64,000 nucleotides of DNA from Eubacteriales bacterium. GTDB taxonomy: Bacteria; Bacillota; Clostridia; Oscillospirales; CAG-272. The stretch is from positions 3,945-67,944 of the forward strand of contig JAZRFQ010000040.1 in NCBI GenBank assembly GCA_045643725.1, written 5' to 3'. Below the pieces are notes generated by a model that made no database searches, was not told the DNA's origin, and worked only from the letters and a program-made list of their open reading frames with translations. Below, in pieces: positions 52,065-61,429 of the stretch. Position 1 is the stretch's first letter; each line of letters starts with the position of its first letter. A program made the translations under genes and the position numbers.

Positions 52065-55000
52065 TTATTTTACGGGAGTGATAACTACCGCGCCTGCGGG
52101 AGCGGTGAAGGTGAGAAGTCCACCCTCTGCGGTAGCGGTATAAGTGCCGCAATCCTTACCGTCAACGGTAACCGACCACTCGCCTGCGGCAACGCCGGAT
52201 ACGTAGTAGTCAATGCTATCCTCGCCCTCGGTGATGCAGGAAAGAGCCTCGGTAGCGCCGGTTCTCGAGCTTGCGAAGAGACCTGCGATCTTGCCGTTAA
52301 ATACGCTACCCTCAAGGCCGGTTGCATTGGCAACCTTCTCGATGCTTGCCGCGTTCTCGTTGCCCTTATCGGTAACGTAGAGAACGTTCATGAAGGTGAT
52401 GCTCGCCTTCGGAGATGCAAGAGTGATCTCAACACGTCCCCAGTGACCGTCATCGCGTCCGATGTCGTTGGGAGCTACCTGCTTGCCGTTTACCAAGTAG
52501 TTCTGGGACTTGGTTGCATCGTATTTGCCGCTGTTTCTGCCGCCCTGTCCCTGAATGATGATGTTGCCCTCGGTCAGACAGGTAAGAACGAGCTTACCCT
52601 CGCCGTTCTCGGTGGTAACGGTGTTGATGCCCTTCTTGGTGTTGTTCACGATAGTGGGCTCATCGGGAGAGGTGATCTGAAGCAGGAAGGTTCTCTGACA
52701 TCCGACCTTGGAGGTGATGTCGTCGAATACGAAGAACGCCATGGGGAACTCCTCGTCGCCTGTGAAGACGGTGAGCATTCTTCTGCCAACGTAGGATGCG
52801 GAGTCGGAGTGATAAGCCTTCGAAATATCGCCTGCTATGTAAGCGTAGAGAGGCTGGCTCTTATCGCCGTCGACGTAGCCGTGCTCGTATCCGGTAACAG
52901 TACCGGTGAAGGTGTTGGTGTTGAGATCCCAGCTGTCGAGAGTAGTACCCGAACCGCCGACAACTCTCTGGCCTCCGGAGTAGTAGCCGCCTTCAGAGCC
53001 CTTCTTCGCAGGGTCTATAATGAGCAGACCGTTGTGAGAGATGGTAGCCTGATGATAGAAGTCTGTGTGAGGCGTGCCGTAGCCGTTGTAAACGCCGCCG
53101 TCGGAGGTGAGCATACCCTTGTAGTAGATCTCGAACGTACCCGAGTCAAGATGCTCATGGTTCGCGGTGGATCTCTCCTTGATACGCATGAATACGGATA
53201 CCGCCGCAGGATCATTCCACTTGGAATGAGCGAGATACTGACCGAGAGGCGAGCCGTTGTAGTTTATGAGATCCATGCCCTCGTATCTGTCATCCGCAGG
53301 CTCGATATCGGAAAGACCCGAGAGAGCCATAAGAAGAGGAGAGTCAATAGCGATGTAGCCCTTGCCGCCCTCGTGATACTTTATTACGATATTGTCGCCA
53401 ACGAGGAACTTTGCCTGTGCGAGCATGGTAGGATCGTCAAAGAGGTAAGCCGCAATGTATGCGATGTCGATAAATCTCTTTGCATCAACGTAGTTGCCGT
53501 CGCCGTCACCGTCGTTGAAGAGCTTACCGGGCTCAAACTCATAGGAAAGAGCACTTCTTACAACGTTTTCTATGCCAACGTAGGGGTTCTCGCCGGTTGC
53601 GGTCTCAATGATCCAAGCAGAGAAAATATCGCCAACGAATCTTGCGGTGATATATACGCCTGTACCCTGGGGAGCCATGCCCGACTGGTAGTAGTAGTTA
53701 CGAACGGGAACGTACTCGGCGTAAACTCTGCCGCCGACGTACTCCCACCAGGAGTTATTGTCGCCGTAAACTGCAACTGCGAAGGAGAGATAGTCACGAA
53801 GAACCATGTACTCGCACGCGTGGTCTGCAACAGCACCGAGAGCTGAGGGAGGGAATCCTACCTCCATCTTTGCGCCGTTAGCATTGCTTCCCTTACAGAG
53901 CACGTTCTCAACGCCTGCGATGAACTGGGTCTTATCCTCCTCGGTGAGAAGGTCGTAGCACCAGTCGTAGACGATTGCCGCGGAGAACATGATGTATCCG
54001 TAGTCACGGGTCTGGTCGTTGTACATCTGTCTGATGTCAAGCGATTTCAAGAAGTTCTTCATGTAGTAAACTGCCTGATATCCGTAGAAATCATCGTCGT
54101 AGATCAGATGAGCGAGAGCCTTTGCCTGAATTACCTGAAGATACTCGTAGTTGATGTTGTGATCGCTGTTTTTGCCTGTTACGGCGTTAACGTCGGTCTG
54201 GATACGCTCGCCGAGAAGACCGCCGTTCGGGAGCTCCATATAGAGAAGTCTCTTGAACTCTTCAGCGTCTTTACCGCCCTTGGCAATGGACTCTCTGATC
54301 TCTGCGTACATATCAGAGTTGATGAGAAGTCTCGGATGCTGCTCCTGGGGATTTACGGTGGGAGCATCCCATCTGGGCGAGCCGATCGCCATAAGATTCT
54401 CTGTGTGAGTAACGAACATGAGAGTGTCGTCGCCGGCGTAGTACTTATCGTGATGCTTGTAGATCGAGCCCATAAAGCCGTTAAGCTCCTCGCGCTGGGA
54501 GGTGAGCTTTGCAACGAGCTCGTCGATATACTGCTTGTTGTTCTCTCTGTTTGCCTCGTACGCGATGCGGTCGAGCTCTACAAGTTCCGCTACGTAATCT
54601 GCACGAGTGTATGCCTTGGCGACGGAGAGAGTGTCAACAACGGTGAGCTTGCCGTCGGTAACGAACTCGGAGATAAGAGCGGCGAATGCCTTCTCGTATC
54701 CAACATCGGAGCCGGAGTAAATAGCGAGTACGCCGTCATAGAAGGAGTATGCCCAGTGATAATCCTTGGGCGCTTCGGCGTTTGCCGCGTTAAAGAGCGC
54801 TTTTGCGGCCTCTGCAGCAGGATGATCAGAAAGACCGAGGATTATAGCGTGCTCCGCATCGCCAATTACAGCAGACGTGCCGATGTCGGAGATGCCTGCG
54901 CCATCAAGCAGAGCGGCGAGTGCCTTTGCCTTGTCGGACAGACCGGTGCCGTATACGATAACCGACTTGTCGGGAGCTGCGGCGTCAAGGACGTCAACGC

Positions 55001-55196
55001 TCTCGCCCGTGGGAGCCCAAGCAGGAGTGTCGGTGTTACCGGGGCCGGGCTTATCGCCGGGGCCGGGTGTAGGATCATCACCGTTATTAAATCCGGGGAT
55101 GTCGAAGGGAAGGTCAAAGGGTAGATCGCACGCCGTGGCAGCCATTGCTACGATAACGCACAGAAGTACCGCTAAGAGTTTTGCGATGTTTTTCAT
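52065..55196 (-). CDS. Heparinase II/III-like lipoprotein, array copy 5
   Basis: 1043 aa. Lipobox AATAC, a Pro/Gly linker, an N-terminal module (VIVYGTGLSDKA...YHWAYSFYDGVLAIYSG), and core motifs (HPRLLINSD, TANHEHLDSGTFEIYYKG). Confidence 0.7.
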   Translation of the reverse strand: MKNIAKLLAVLLCVIVAMAATACDLPFDLPFDIPGFNNGDDPTPGPGDKPGPGNTDTPAWAPTGESVDVLDAAAPDKSVIVYGTGLSDKAKALAALLDGAGISDIGTSAVIGDAEHAIILGLSDHPAAEAAKALFNAANAEAPKDYHWAYSFYDGVLAIYSGSDVGYEKAFAALISEFVTDGKLTVVDTLSVAKAYTRADYVAELVELDRIAYEANRENNKQYIDELVAKLTSQREELNGFMGSIYKHHDKYYAGDDTLMFVTHTENLMAIGSPRWDAPTVNPQEQHPRLLINSDMYAEIRESIAKGGKDAEEFKRLLYMELPNGGLLGERIQTDVNAVTGKNSDHNINYEYLQVIQAKALAHLIYDDDFYGYQAVYYMKNFLKSLDIRQMYNDQTRDYGYIMFSAAIVYDWCYDLLTEEDKTQFIAGVENVLCKGSNANGAKMEVGFPPSALGAVADHACEYMVLRDYLSFAVAVYGDNNSWWEYVGGRVYAEYVPVRNYYYQSGMAPQGTGVYITARFVGDIFSAWIIETATGENPYVGIENVVRSALSYEFEPGKLFNDGDGDGNYVDAKRFIDIAYIAAYLFDDPTMLAQAKFLVGDNIVIKYHEGGKGYIAIDSPLLMALSGLSDIEPADDRYEGMDLINYNGSPLGQYLAHSKWNDPAAVSVFMRIKERSTANHEHLDSGTFEIYYKGMLTSDGGVYNGYGTPHTDFYHQATISHNGLLIIDPAKKGSEGGYYSGGQRVVGGSGTTLDSWDLNTNTFTGTVTGYEHGYVDGDKSQPLYAYIAGDISKAYHSDSASYVGRRMLTVFTGDEEFPMAFFVFDDITSKVGCQRTFLLQITSPDEPTIVNNTKKGINTVTTENGEGKLVLTCLTEGNIIIQGQGGRNSGKYDATKSQNYLVNGKQVAPNDIGRDDGHWGRVEITLASPKASITFMNVLYVTDKGNENAASIEKVANATGLEGSVFNGKIAGLFASSRTGATEALSCITEGEDSIDYYVSGVAAGEWSVTVDGKDCGTYTATAEGGLLTFTAPAGAVVITPVK

Positions 55197-55228
55197 ATAT
55201 TTCTCCTTTTAAAAAATTATCAAGTGAA

Positions 55229-58200
55229 TCAAACGGGTGAGATCGTGACTGTTCCTGCGGGAGCCTCGAAGGTGAGAAGTCCGCCCTCCTCGGTCGCCGT
55301 GAAGGTGCCGATTACGTTGCCGTTGACCGTGACACGCCACTTGCCTGCGGCGAGGCCGGATACGTAGTAGTCCATGCTTGAGGAGCCGGAGGTCTTGCAG
55401 GAGAGCTCGGTCTTTGCCTCGGTTCTCGAGGTAGCAAAGAGCGCCGCGATCTTTTCGTTAAATACTCCGCCCGTTAGGCCGTTCTCGGAGGTGGTATCCT
55501 TGACTGTTGCCATATCCTTGTTGCCCTTGTCGGTGACGTAGAGCACGTTCATGAACTTGGCGTCGGTTGTGGACTTGGTCCACTCGATCTCGACTCTGCC
55601 CCAATGTCCGTCGTCTGCGGTCTTGGTCTTGGGAACGAGCTGCTTGCCGTTGATGAGGTAGTTCTGGGAGAGGGTCGCGTCGTAGCTGCCGCTGTTTCTG
55701 CCGCCCACACCTGTGAGCTTGACGTTGTCGGAGAGGCAGGTAAGAACGAGTCTGCCGTCGCCGTTCTCGGTGATGACGGTCTGTGCGGACTCGTCGATGG
55801 TGGGTGCGCTCTTCGAGGAGATCTGAAGCAGGAATCGCTTCTGATAGGTCGCAGAAACCGAGCTGATATCGTCGTAGACGAAGAATACCATAGGATACTC
55901 TGCGTCGCCGGTGTAAACCGTGAGCATTCGTCTGCCGACGTAGTTTACCGTCTTGGTGCTGTAGGCCTCGGTGATGTCACCTGCGACGTAGGCGTAGAGG
56001 GGCTTTGTGGTATCGCCGTTAAGGTAGCCGTGCTGGCGTCCCGTCACCGTACCCGTATCGTAGTCGGATGTGAGCCACTGATTGAGGCTCGAGGACTCGG
56101 AGACGAATCTCTCCTGGCCGCCCGAGTACCAGCCGTCCTCGGTGGATGCGAGGCTCGGATTGTAGATTATAAGTCCGTTATGAGAAATAGTTGCCTTGTG
56201 GAAGTACTTTGTGTGCTCGTGGCTGTAGTTGTTATACATACCGCCGTCGGAGGTGAGCATTCCCTTGTAGTAGATCTCGAACGTACCGGAGTCGTAGTGC
56301 TCGTGGTTAGCGGTGGAGCGCTCCTTGATACGCATGAAGACTGCCGCGGATGCGGGATCGTTCCAGGATGCGCGGATAACGTACTGACCGAGAGGCGCGC
56401 CGTTATACTGAATGAGATCCATACCCTCGTATCTGTCCTCTGCGGGCTCGACCTCTGCTATCGCGGTGAGCGCAAGATATATGGGAGTCGAGAGTCCCTG
56501 GAAGTTAGAGGAGAATGCAGAGCTCTTCAGATGCATTGCCTGCGCCAGGAGAGTCTCGTCGCTGTAGAGATATGCCGCGATGTAGGCCATATCTGCGAAG
56601 GCGCTCGTCTTCTTGCCGTCGCCGCTGTTATCGCCGTCGGTGAAGATCGTGCCGGGTGTGTATTCATATCCAATGAAGGATTTTACCGTGTTCTCCATAC
56701 CGACGTAGGGGTTAGTGCCGGTAGCGATCTTGATGATCCACGCCGAGTAGAGATCACAGATGTGTCTTGCCGTCGCGTAGCCGGTGCCCTGCTGTGCAAT
56801 GCCCGACTGGAAGTAGTAGTTACGCATTTCTACGTAGTCGTTGCAGACTCGCGCCGCGATGTAGTTCCACCAGGATGCGTTCTCATCGTAGATCGCGGTT
56901 GCAAATGCGAGATAATCGCGGAGAATCTGGTACTCCGAGCCGTGGCCGGATACCGAGCCCTGCTTGGAAGGCGGGAAGCCGACCTCCATTTTTACGCCGC
57001 CCGCGTTACTGCCGCGGCACAGACAGTTTTCAACGCCTGCGATGAACTGAACCTTATCGTCCTCGGTGAGAAGGTCGTAGCACCAGTCGTAGACGATCGC
57101 CGCCGTGAACATAGTGTAGCCGTACTGTCTGCACTGGTCGGATGCGATCTGCTCGATGTCAAGCGACTTGATGAAATTCTTCATATAATAAATCGCCTGA
57201 TAGCCGTAGAGCTCGTCGCCGTATGCGAGATATCCGAGCGCCTTTACCTGAATGAGCTCGAGATAGGAGTCATCGTAGTTATGGATGTTGTCTTTGTCAA
57301 CCGTGCCGTTGACACCGAGATTGGTCTTTGCGGGAAGGATGCCGTCATTCTCAAGCGTTGCATCGAGAAGCTCGAAGAATCGCTCGGTGAAAGCGTTGTC
57401 CTGATTGAGAGAGATACGCAGATCGGGGAGCATGTCCTCGGTGACGAGAAGTCTCGGATGCTGATCGCTCGTCGGCTTGACGGGCGACGTGCCCCAGGAG
57501 GACGTGCCGATGTTCTTGGTATACTGCTTGAAGAGGTAGATCTTGGAGTCGCTTGTGTTATAGGGACTGATCTTACCCATATAGCTCGAGAGGGTGTTTC
57601 TCTGCGCGGTGATCGAGGGCATAAGCTCCTTGAGGATCTTCTGATTTGCCTCTTTCTTGGCCTCTGCCTCCTGGCGCGCCTCTTCGTCGAGCTCGGCCTT
57701 ATAGTCTGCGTAGGTCAGAGTGCCCTCTGCTACGAGGTTGCTCTTGACTATGATCCTGCCGTTCTTCAAATAAGTTGAGAAGAGCTCGCCAACAGCCAGA
57801 TCATAGCCCTTCGCGCTGTTTGCTACGACGGCGAGCTTACCGTCTGCAAAAACGATCGCCCAATGGAAGTCCTCGGGAGCCTTCGCGCTCTTCGCATCAA
57901 TGAGCTCGGAGGCCTTCTTCGATGCCTCTCTGTCGGATGCGCCGAAGATTATCTCCTTTTCCTCGTTGATCTTAGTGGCGGAGTAGGAGATGATGCTGTT
58001 CTTTACGAACTTTTTCGCATAGAGCTCGTCGGCAAATGCGACGGCGCCGTTTCGTGCAATGTCCTCCTCGCTATTACTGTCGAAGAGTACCATATATTCA
58101 AAGGTCGCCGAGGGGGTGGCGATTATTACGTCGATGACTTTATCGGGGTCGGACTCCGGCTCTTCGGTCGGGAAGAGGAAGCAGGCCGTCAGCGAGCCGA

Positions 58201-58252
58201 GCGTCAGGACGAAAATTGCAAGTAAAATTAGGGGTTTGAGTTTTCTTATCAC
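55229..58252 (-). CDS. Heparinase II/III-like lipoprotein, array copy 6
   Basis: 1007 aa. GTG start after a GGAGAA RBS, lipobox SLTAC, an N-terminal module (FHWAIVFADGKLAVVAN), and core motifs (HPRLLVTED, TANHEHYDSGTFEIYYKG). Confidence 0.7.
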   Translation of the reverse strand: MIRKLKPLILLAIFVLTLGSLTACFLFPTEEPESDPDKVIDVIIATPSATFEYMVLFDSNSEEDIARNGAVAFADELYAKKFVKNSIISYSATKINEEKEIIFGASDREASKKASELIDAKSAKAPEDFHWAIVFADGKLAVVANSAKGYDLAVGELFSTYLKNGRIIVKSNLVAEGTLTYADYKAELDEEARQEAEAKKEANQKILKELMPSITAQRNTLSSYMGKISPYNTSDSKIYLFKQYTKNIGTSSWGTSPVKPTSDQHPRLLVTEDMLPDLRISLNQDNAFTERFFELLDATLENDGILPAKTNLGVNGTVDKDNIHNYDDSYLELIQVKALGYLAYGDELYGYQAIYYMKNFIKSLDIEQIASDQCRQYGYTMFTAAIVYDWCYDLLTEDDKVQFIAGVENCLCRGSNAGGVKMEVGFPPSKQGSVSGHGSEYQILRDYLAFATAIYDENASWWNYIAARVCNDYVEMRNYYFQSGIAQQGTGYATARHICDLYSAWIIKIATGTNPYVGMENTVKSFIGYEYTPGTIFTDGDNSGDGKKTSAFADMAYIAAYLYSDETLLAQAMHLKSSAFSSNFQGLSTPIYLALTAIAEVEPAEDRYEGMDLIQYNGAPLGQYVIRASWNDPASAAVFMRIKERSTANHEHYDSGTFEIYYKGMLTSDGGMYNNYSHEHTKYFHKATISHNGLIIYNPSLASTEDGWYSGGQERFVSESSSLNQWLTSDYDTGTVTGRQHGYLNGDTTKPLYAYVAGDITEAYSTKTVNYVGRRMLTVYTGDAEYPMVFFVYDDISSVSATYQKRFLLQISSKSAPTIDESAQTVITENGDGRLVLTCLSDNVKLTGVGGRNSGSYDATLSQNYLINGKQLVPKTKTADDGHWGRVEIEWTKSTTDAKFMNVLYVTDKGNKDMATVKDTTSENGLTGGVFNEKIAALFATSRTEAKTELSCKTSGSSSMDYYVSGLAAGKWRVTVNGNVIGTFTATEEGGLLTFEAPAGTVTISPV

Positions 58253-58287
58253 AGGGGTTCTCCGATTTAAAATGTTTTTCCACTATA

Positions 58288-58316
58288 ATTATATATTATA
58301 AAGCGCGACAATGCAA
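58288..58316 (-). promoter_or_regulatory. Sigma-A-type promoter of array copies 6-5
   Basis: On the minus strand: TTGCAT, 17-nt spacer, TATAAT. Confidence 0.6.
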
Positions 58317-58368
58317 TAAGCCTTGTTTAAAATCGTCAAGTTGCCTAAAATATTTTATACATAATAAC

Positions 58369-58403
58369 CAAAGAAAAGAGCCGAGAATTGGCTTCTCGGC
58401 TCT
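58369..58403 (-). terminator. Rho-independent terminator after array copy 7
   Basis: AGAGCCGAGAA/TTCTCGGCTCT stem, followed on the minus strand by TTTCTTT. Confidence 0.85.
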
Positions 58404-58435
58404 GCAAAAATTGACAAACTGTGAACTTTTTTCGA

Positions 58436-61408
58436 CTATTTTGCAGGAGAGATAACAACTCGTCCCGCAGGAGCGGTGAAGGTGAGCATTCCGCCCTCCT
58501 CGGTAGCGGTGTAAACGCCGTAGCTTTGACCGTCGACCTTGACTATCCAATCGCCTGCGGCAACGCCCGAGACGTAGTAATCCATAGATTCACCGCCGCG
58601 GGTCAAGCAGGAGATAATATCGCTCTCGCCGTTTCTCGCGGTTGCGAAGAGCGCCGCGATCTTACCGCCGAATACCGCGCCCTCGATGCCCGAGTTGACC
58701 TGTGTTGCCACCGCGGTTGGGATATTATCGTTGCCCGCGTCGGTGACGGCGATGACGTTAAGGAAGGTCGCGTTCTTCGACTGCTTGTCCCAGACGATCT
58801 CGATCCTGCCCCAATGTCCGTCGTCGGCCAGGGATTTCGAGACAAGCTGCTTACCATTTATAAGGTAGTTTTGAGACTTCTCGGAGACGTAGTTGCCGCT
58901 TGTTCTGCCGCCCACGCCGTTTATCTTGACGTTATTCGAAAGGCAGGTGAGCATCAGCCTGCCGCCGTCGTTCTCGGTGACAACTGTATTTCCGCTGATG
59001 GTGGGCGCGTCCTGCGATGAGATCTGCAGGAGGAAGCGCTTCTCGAACTCTGCCGAGTCGGAGGTGATGTCATCATAGACGAAGAGAACCATCGGTGCGC
59101 TCTCGTCACCCGTGAAGACGGTGAGCATTCGTCTGCCGACGTAGTCTACCGTCTGCGAGTCGTAGGATGCCGTAATGTCGCCCGCGACGTAGGCGTAGAG
59201 CGGCTTTGTCTCGCTCGCGTCGGTATAGGCGTGCTGGTGACCTGTCACGCGCCCTGCATCGTAGTAGGAACCTAGCCACTTATCCATATTTGCAGGCTCG
59301 GCGAGCTTCATCTGACCGCCCGAGTACCATCCGCCCTGCGTGCCCGCGAGCGCGGGATTGTAGATTATCAGACCGTTGTGAGATATGGTCGCCTGATGGT
59401 AGTATTGCGTGTGTGCGTGATCGTAGTTATCGTAGCATCCGCCGTCGGTGGAAAGTGCGCCTTTATAGTAGATTTCAAAGGTTCCTGCATCACAGTGCTC
59501 GTGATTTGAGGTAGCGCGCTCCTTGATCCGCATAAATATCGCCGCCGAATCATAGACGCCAAAGGCCTCGCGAGCGACGTACTGACCGAGAGGCGAGCCG
59601 TTATACTGAATGAGGTCAAGCCCCTCGTATTTGTTCGCCTCGGGGATCGGGTCGGAGAGTCCGCGCAGAGCCGCGTAGGCGGCAGACGTCAAGTATAGGA
59701 AGCTGCTCGAGAATGCCGACGTTCCGCGAATGTCGTTCGCCTGGGCGAGAAGCGTCGCGTCGCCCTCGAGATATGCCGCGATGGTGATGGGATGAAGTAT
59801 GTCCTTGATGGCGGCGTAGTCGCCGCTCTTGTCGCCGCTGTTGAAGAGCATTCCCGGCGCGACCTCGAGCCCGACGAGGCCTCTTGTGACCTCGGCGAGG
59901 TTATCGTAGGGATTCTCACCCGTTGCGGCCAGGATTATCCAGGCCGAGAAGAGATCGGAGGTGTATCTTGCCGCGGCGTAGCCCGTGCCCTGATAGGTCG
60001 AGCCCGACTTATAGTAGTAGTTACGCATTGGGATGAAGTCGTTGTAGACTCTCGCCGCAACGAAATCCCACCAGGAGTTATTGTCACCGTAGATAGCGAC
60101 CGAGAAGGAGAGATAATCGCGCAGGATCTGCCTTTCCGCGCCGTGTCCCGTGACAGAGCGCTGACTCGATGGCGGGAAGCCCACGGCCATAGCCGCGCCG
60201 CTTTGGTTACTGTAGCGGCAGATCCTGTTCTCAACGCCCGCGATGATCTGCTCACGGTCAAGCTCGGTCAGGAGCGGATAGCACCAGTCGTAGACGATAG
60301 CGGCGGTGTACATAACGTAGCCGTACTGTCTGCATTGGTCGGAGGCGATGCGGACTATATCGAGTGATTTAAGGTAGTTTTTGATGTAGTAGATGGCCTG
60401 ATAGCCGTAGTAGGGATCATCGTAGAGAAGATACGCCAGAGCCTTTGCCTGAATGACCTCGAGAGGCTCCTCGTTGAAGTTGTGGTAGTTGTCCTTGTTT
60501 ACGGTAGAGTTCGTTCCCTGGTAGGACGCCGCAGGAAGAATACAATCGTTCGCAATATCGGTGTTAAAGAGCCTGAAAAGTCGGGAATTCGTAGAGTCCT
60601 CGCGTGTCAGCGCCCTTTTTACCTCGGGAAGCGTGTCATTATTGAGAAGAAGCCTCGGATGCTCCTCGCTCGGAGTCGTGGGAGCCGTGCCCCAGATGGA
60701 TTTGCCGATGTTTTTCGTCGAAGTGCCGAAGAAGCGGCTGCTGATGAGCTCCTTTCTCTGCGCGTCGATCTTCTTAAGAAGCTCGCCCAGAGCCTCGTCG
60801 TGCTCGGCTCGCGTGTCGGCGTTGTCAGCGATGAGATCCTCGAGGAGCGAGTCCTCGTAGTCGTTGATGTCCTGGGAGACGTGCTCCTTCAGCGTGTCGG
60901 GGAAGGAAATCTTGCCGTCAGAGCAGTAGCGCTCCATAAACACGCTGATACCCATATCGTAGCCGCGCTCGCTGTTCGCCACGATGGCGAGTCTGCCATC
61001 CATATAATAGAATACGCAGTGCAGGTCGCTCGGTGCGGCCGCTACCTTCTCGGCGAGAAGCTCGCCCGCGATCGCGGAGGCCTTGCGGTCGGTCGCGCCG
61101 AAGAGAACCTCGTGCCGCGCCTCGGATACCGCATCGGAGAGTGCCGACGTGCCCGAGGGGATCAGCTCTTCTGCCGCGAGAGCCTTGCCGAAGTCTACCG
61201 CCGCGAGACGAGAGTCCTCGTCGCGGTATTTATACACTATGGCATAGTCGCTATCTGCCATCGCGTCAAAGAGCACCACGAGCTCACCCGTGGGAGTCCA
61301 TACCTCCTCGGGCTCGTTGTTATTGTTATCGCCGACGCATGACGAAAGAGCCGCCGTGATAAACACCGCCGCCAGCAGCAAAATAAGGGCAAAAAGCCGT
61401 TTTTTCAT
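58436..61408 (-). CDS. Heparinase II/III-like lipoprotein, array copy 7
   Basis: 990 aa. Lipobox ALSSC, an N-terminal module (LHCVFYYMDGRLAIVAN), and core motifs (HPRLLLNND, TSNHEHCDAGTFEIYYKG). Confidence 0.7.
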   Translation of the reverse strand: MKKRLFALILLLAAVFITAALSSCVGDNNNNEPEEVWTPTGELVVLFDAMADSDYAIVYKYRDEDSRLAAVDFGKALAAEELIPSGTSALSDAVSEARHEVLFGATDRKASAIAGELLAEKVAAAPSDLHCVFYYMDGRLAIVANSERGYDMGISVFMERYCSDGKISFPDTLKEHVSQDINDYEDSLLEDLIADNADTRAEHDEALGELLKKIDAQRKELISSRFFGTSTKNIGKSIWGTAPTTPSEEHPRLLLNNDTLPEVKRALTREDSTNSRLFRLFNTDIANDCILPAASYQGTNSTVNKDNYHNFNEEPLEVIQAKALAYLLYDDPYYGYQAIYYIKNYLKSLDIVRIASDQCRQYGYVMYTAAIVYDWCYPLLTELDREQIIAGVENRICRYSNQSGAAMAVGFPPSSQRSVTGHGAERQILRDYLSFSVAIYGDNNSWWDFVAARVYNDFIPMRNYYYKSGSTYQGTGYAAARYTSDLFSAWIILAATGENPYDNLAEVTRGLVGLEVAPGMLFNSGDKSGDYAAIKDILHPITIAAYLEGDATLLAQANDIRGTSAFSSSFLYLTSAAYAALRGLSDPIPEANKYEGLDLIQYNGSPLGQYVAREAFGVYDSAAIFMRIKERATSNHEHCDAGTFEIYYKGALSTDGGCYDNYDHAHTQYYHQATISHNGLIIYNPALAGTQGGWYSGGQMKLAEPANMDKWLGSYYDAGRVTGHQHAYTDASETKPLYAYVAGDITASYDSQTVDYVGRRMLTVFTGDESAPMVLFVYDDITSDSAEFEKRFLLQISSQDAPTISGNTVVTENDGGRLMLTCLSNNVKINGVGGRTSGNYVSEKSQNYLINGKQLVSKSLADDGHWGRIEIVWDKQSKNATFLNVIAVTDAGNDNIPTAVATQVNSGIEGAVFGGKIAALFATARNGESDIISCLTRGGESMDYYVSGVAAGDWIVKVDGQSYGVYTATEEGGMLTFTAPAGRVVISPAK

Positions 61409-61429
61409 ATAATAAACCTCCGTGTGGAG

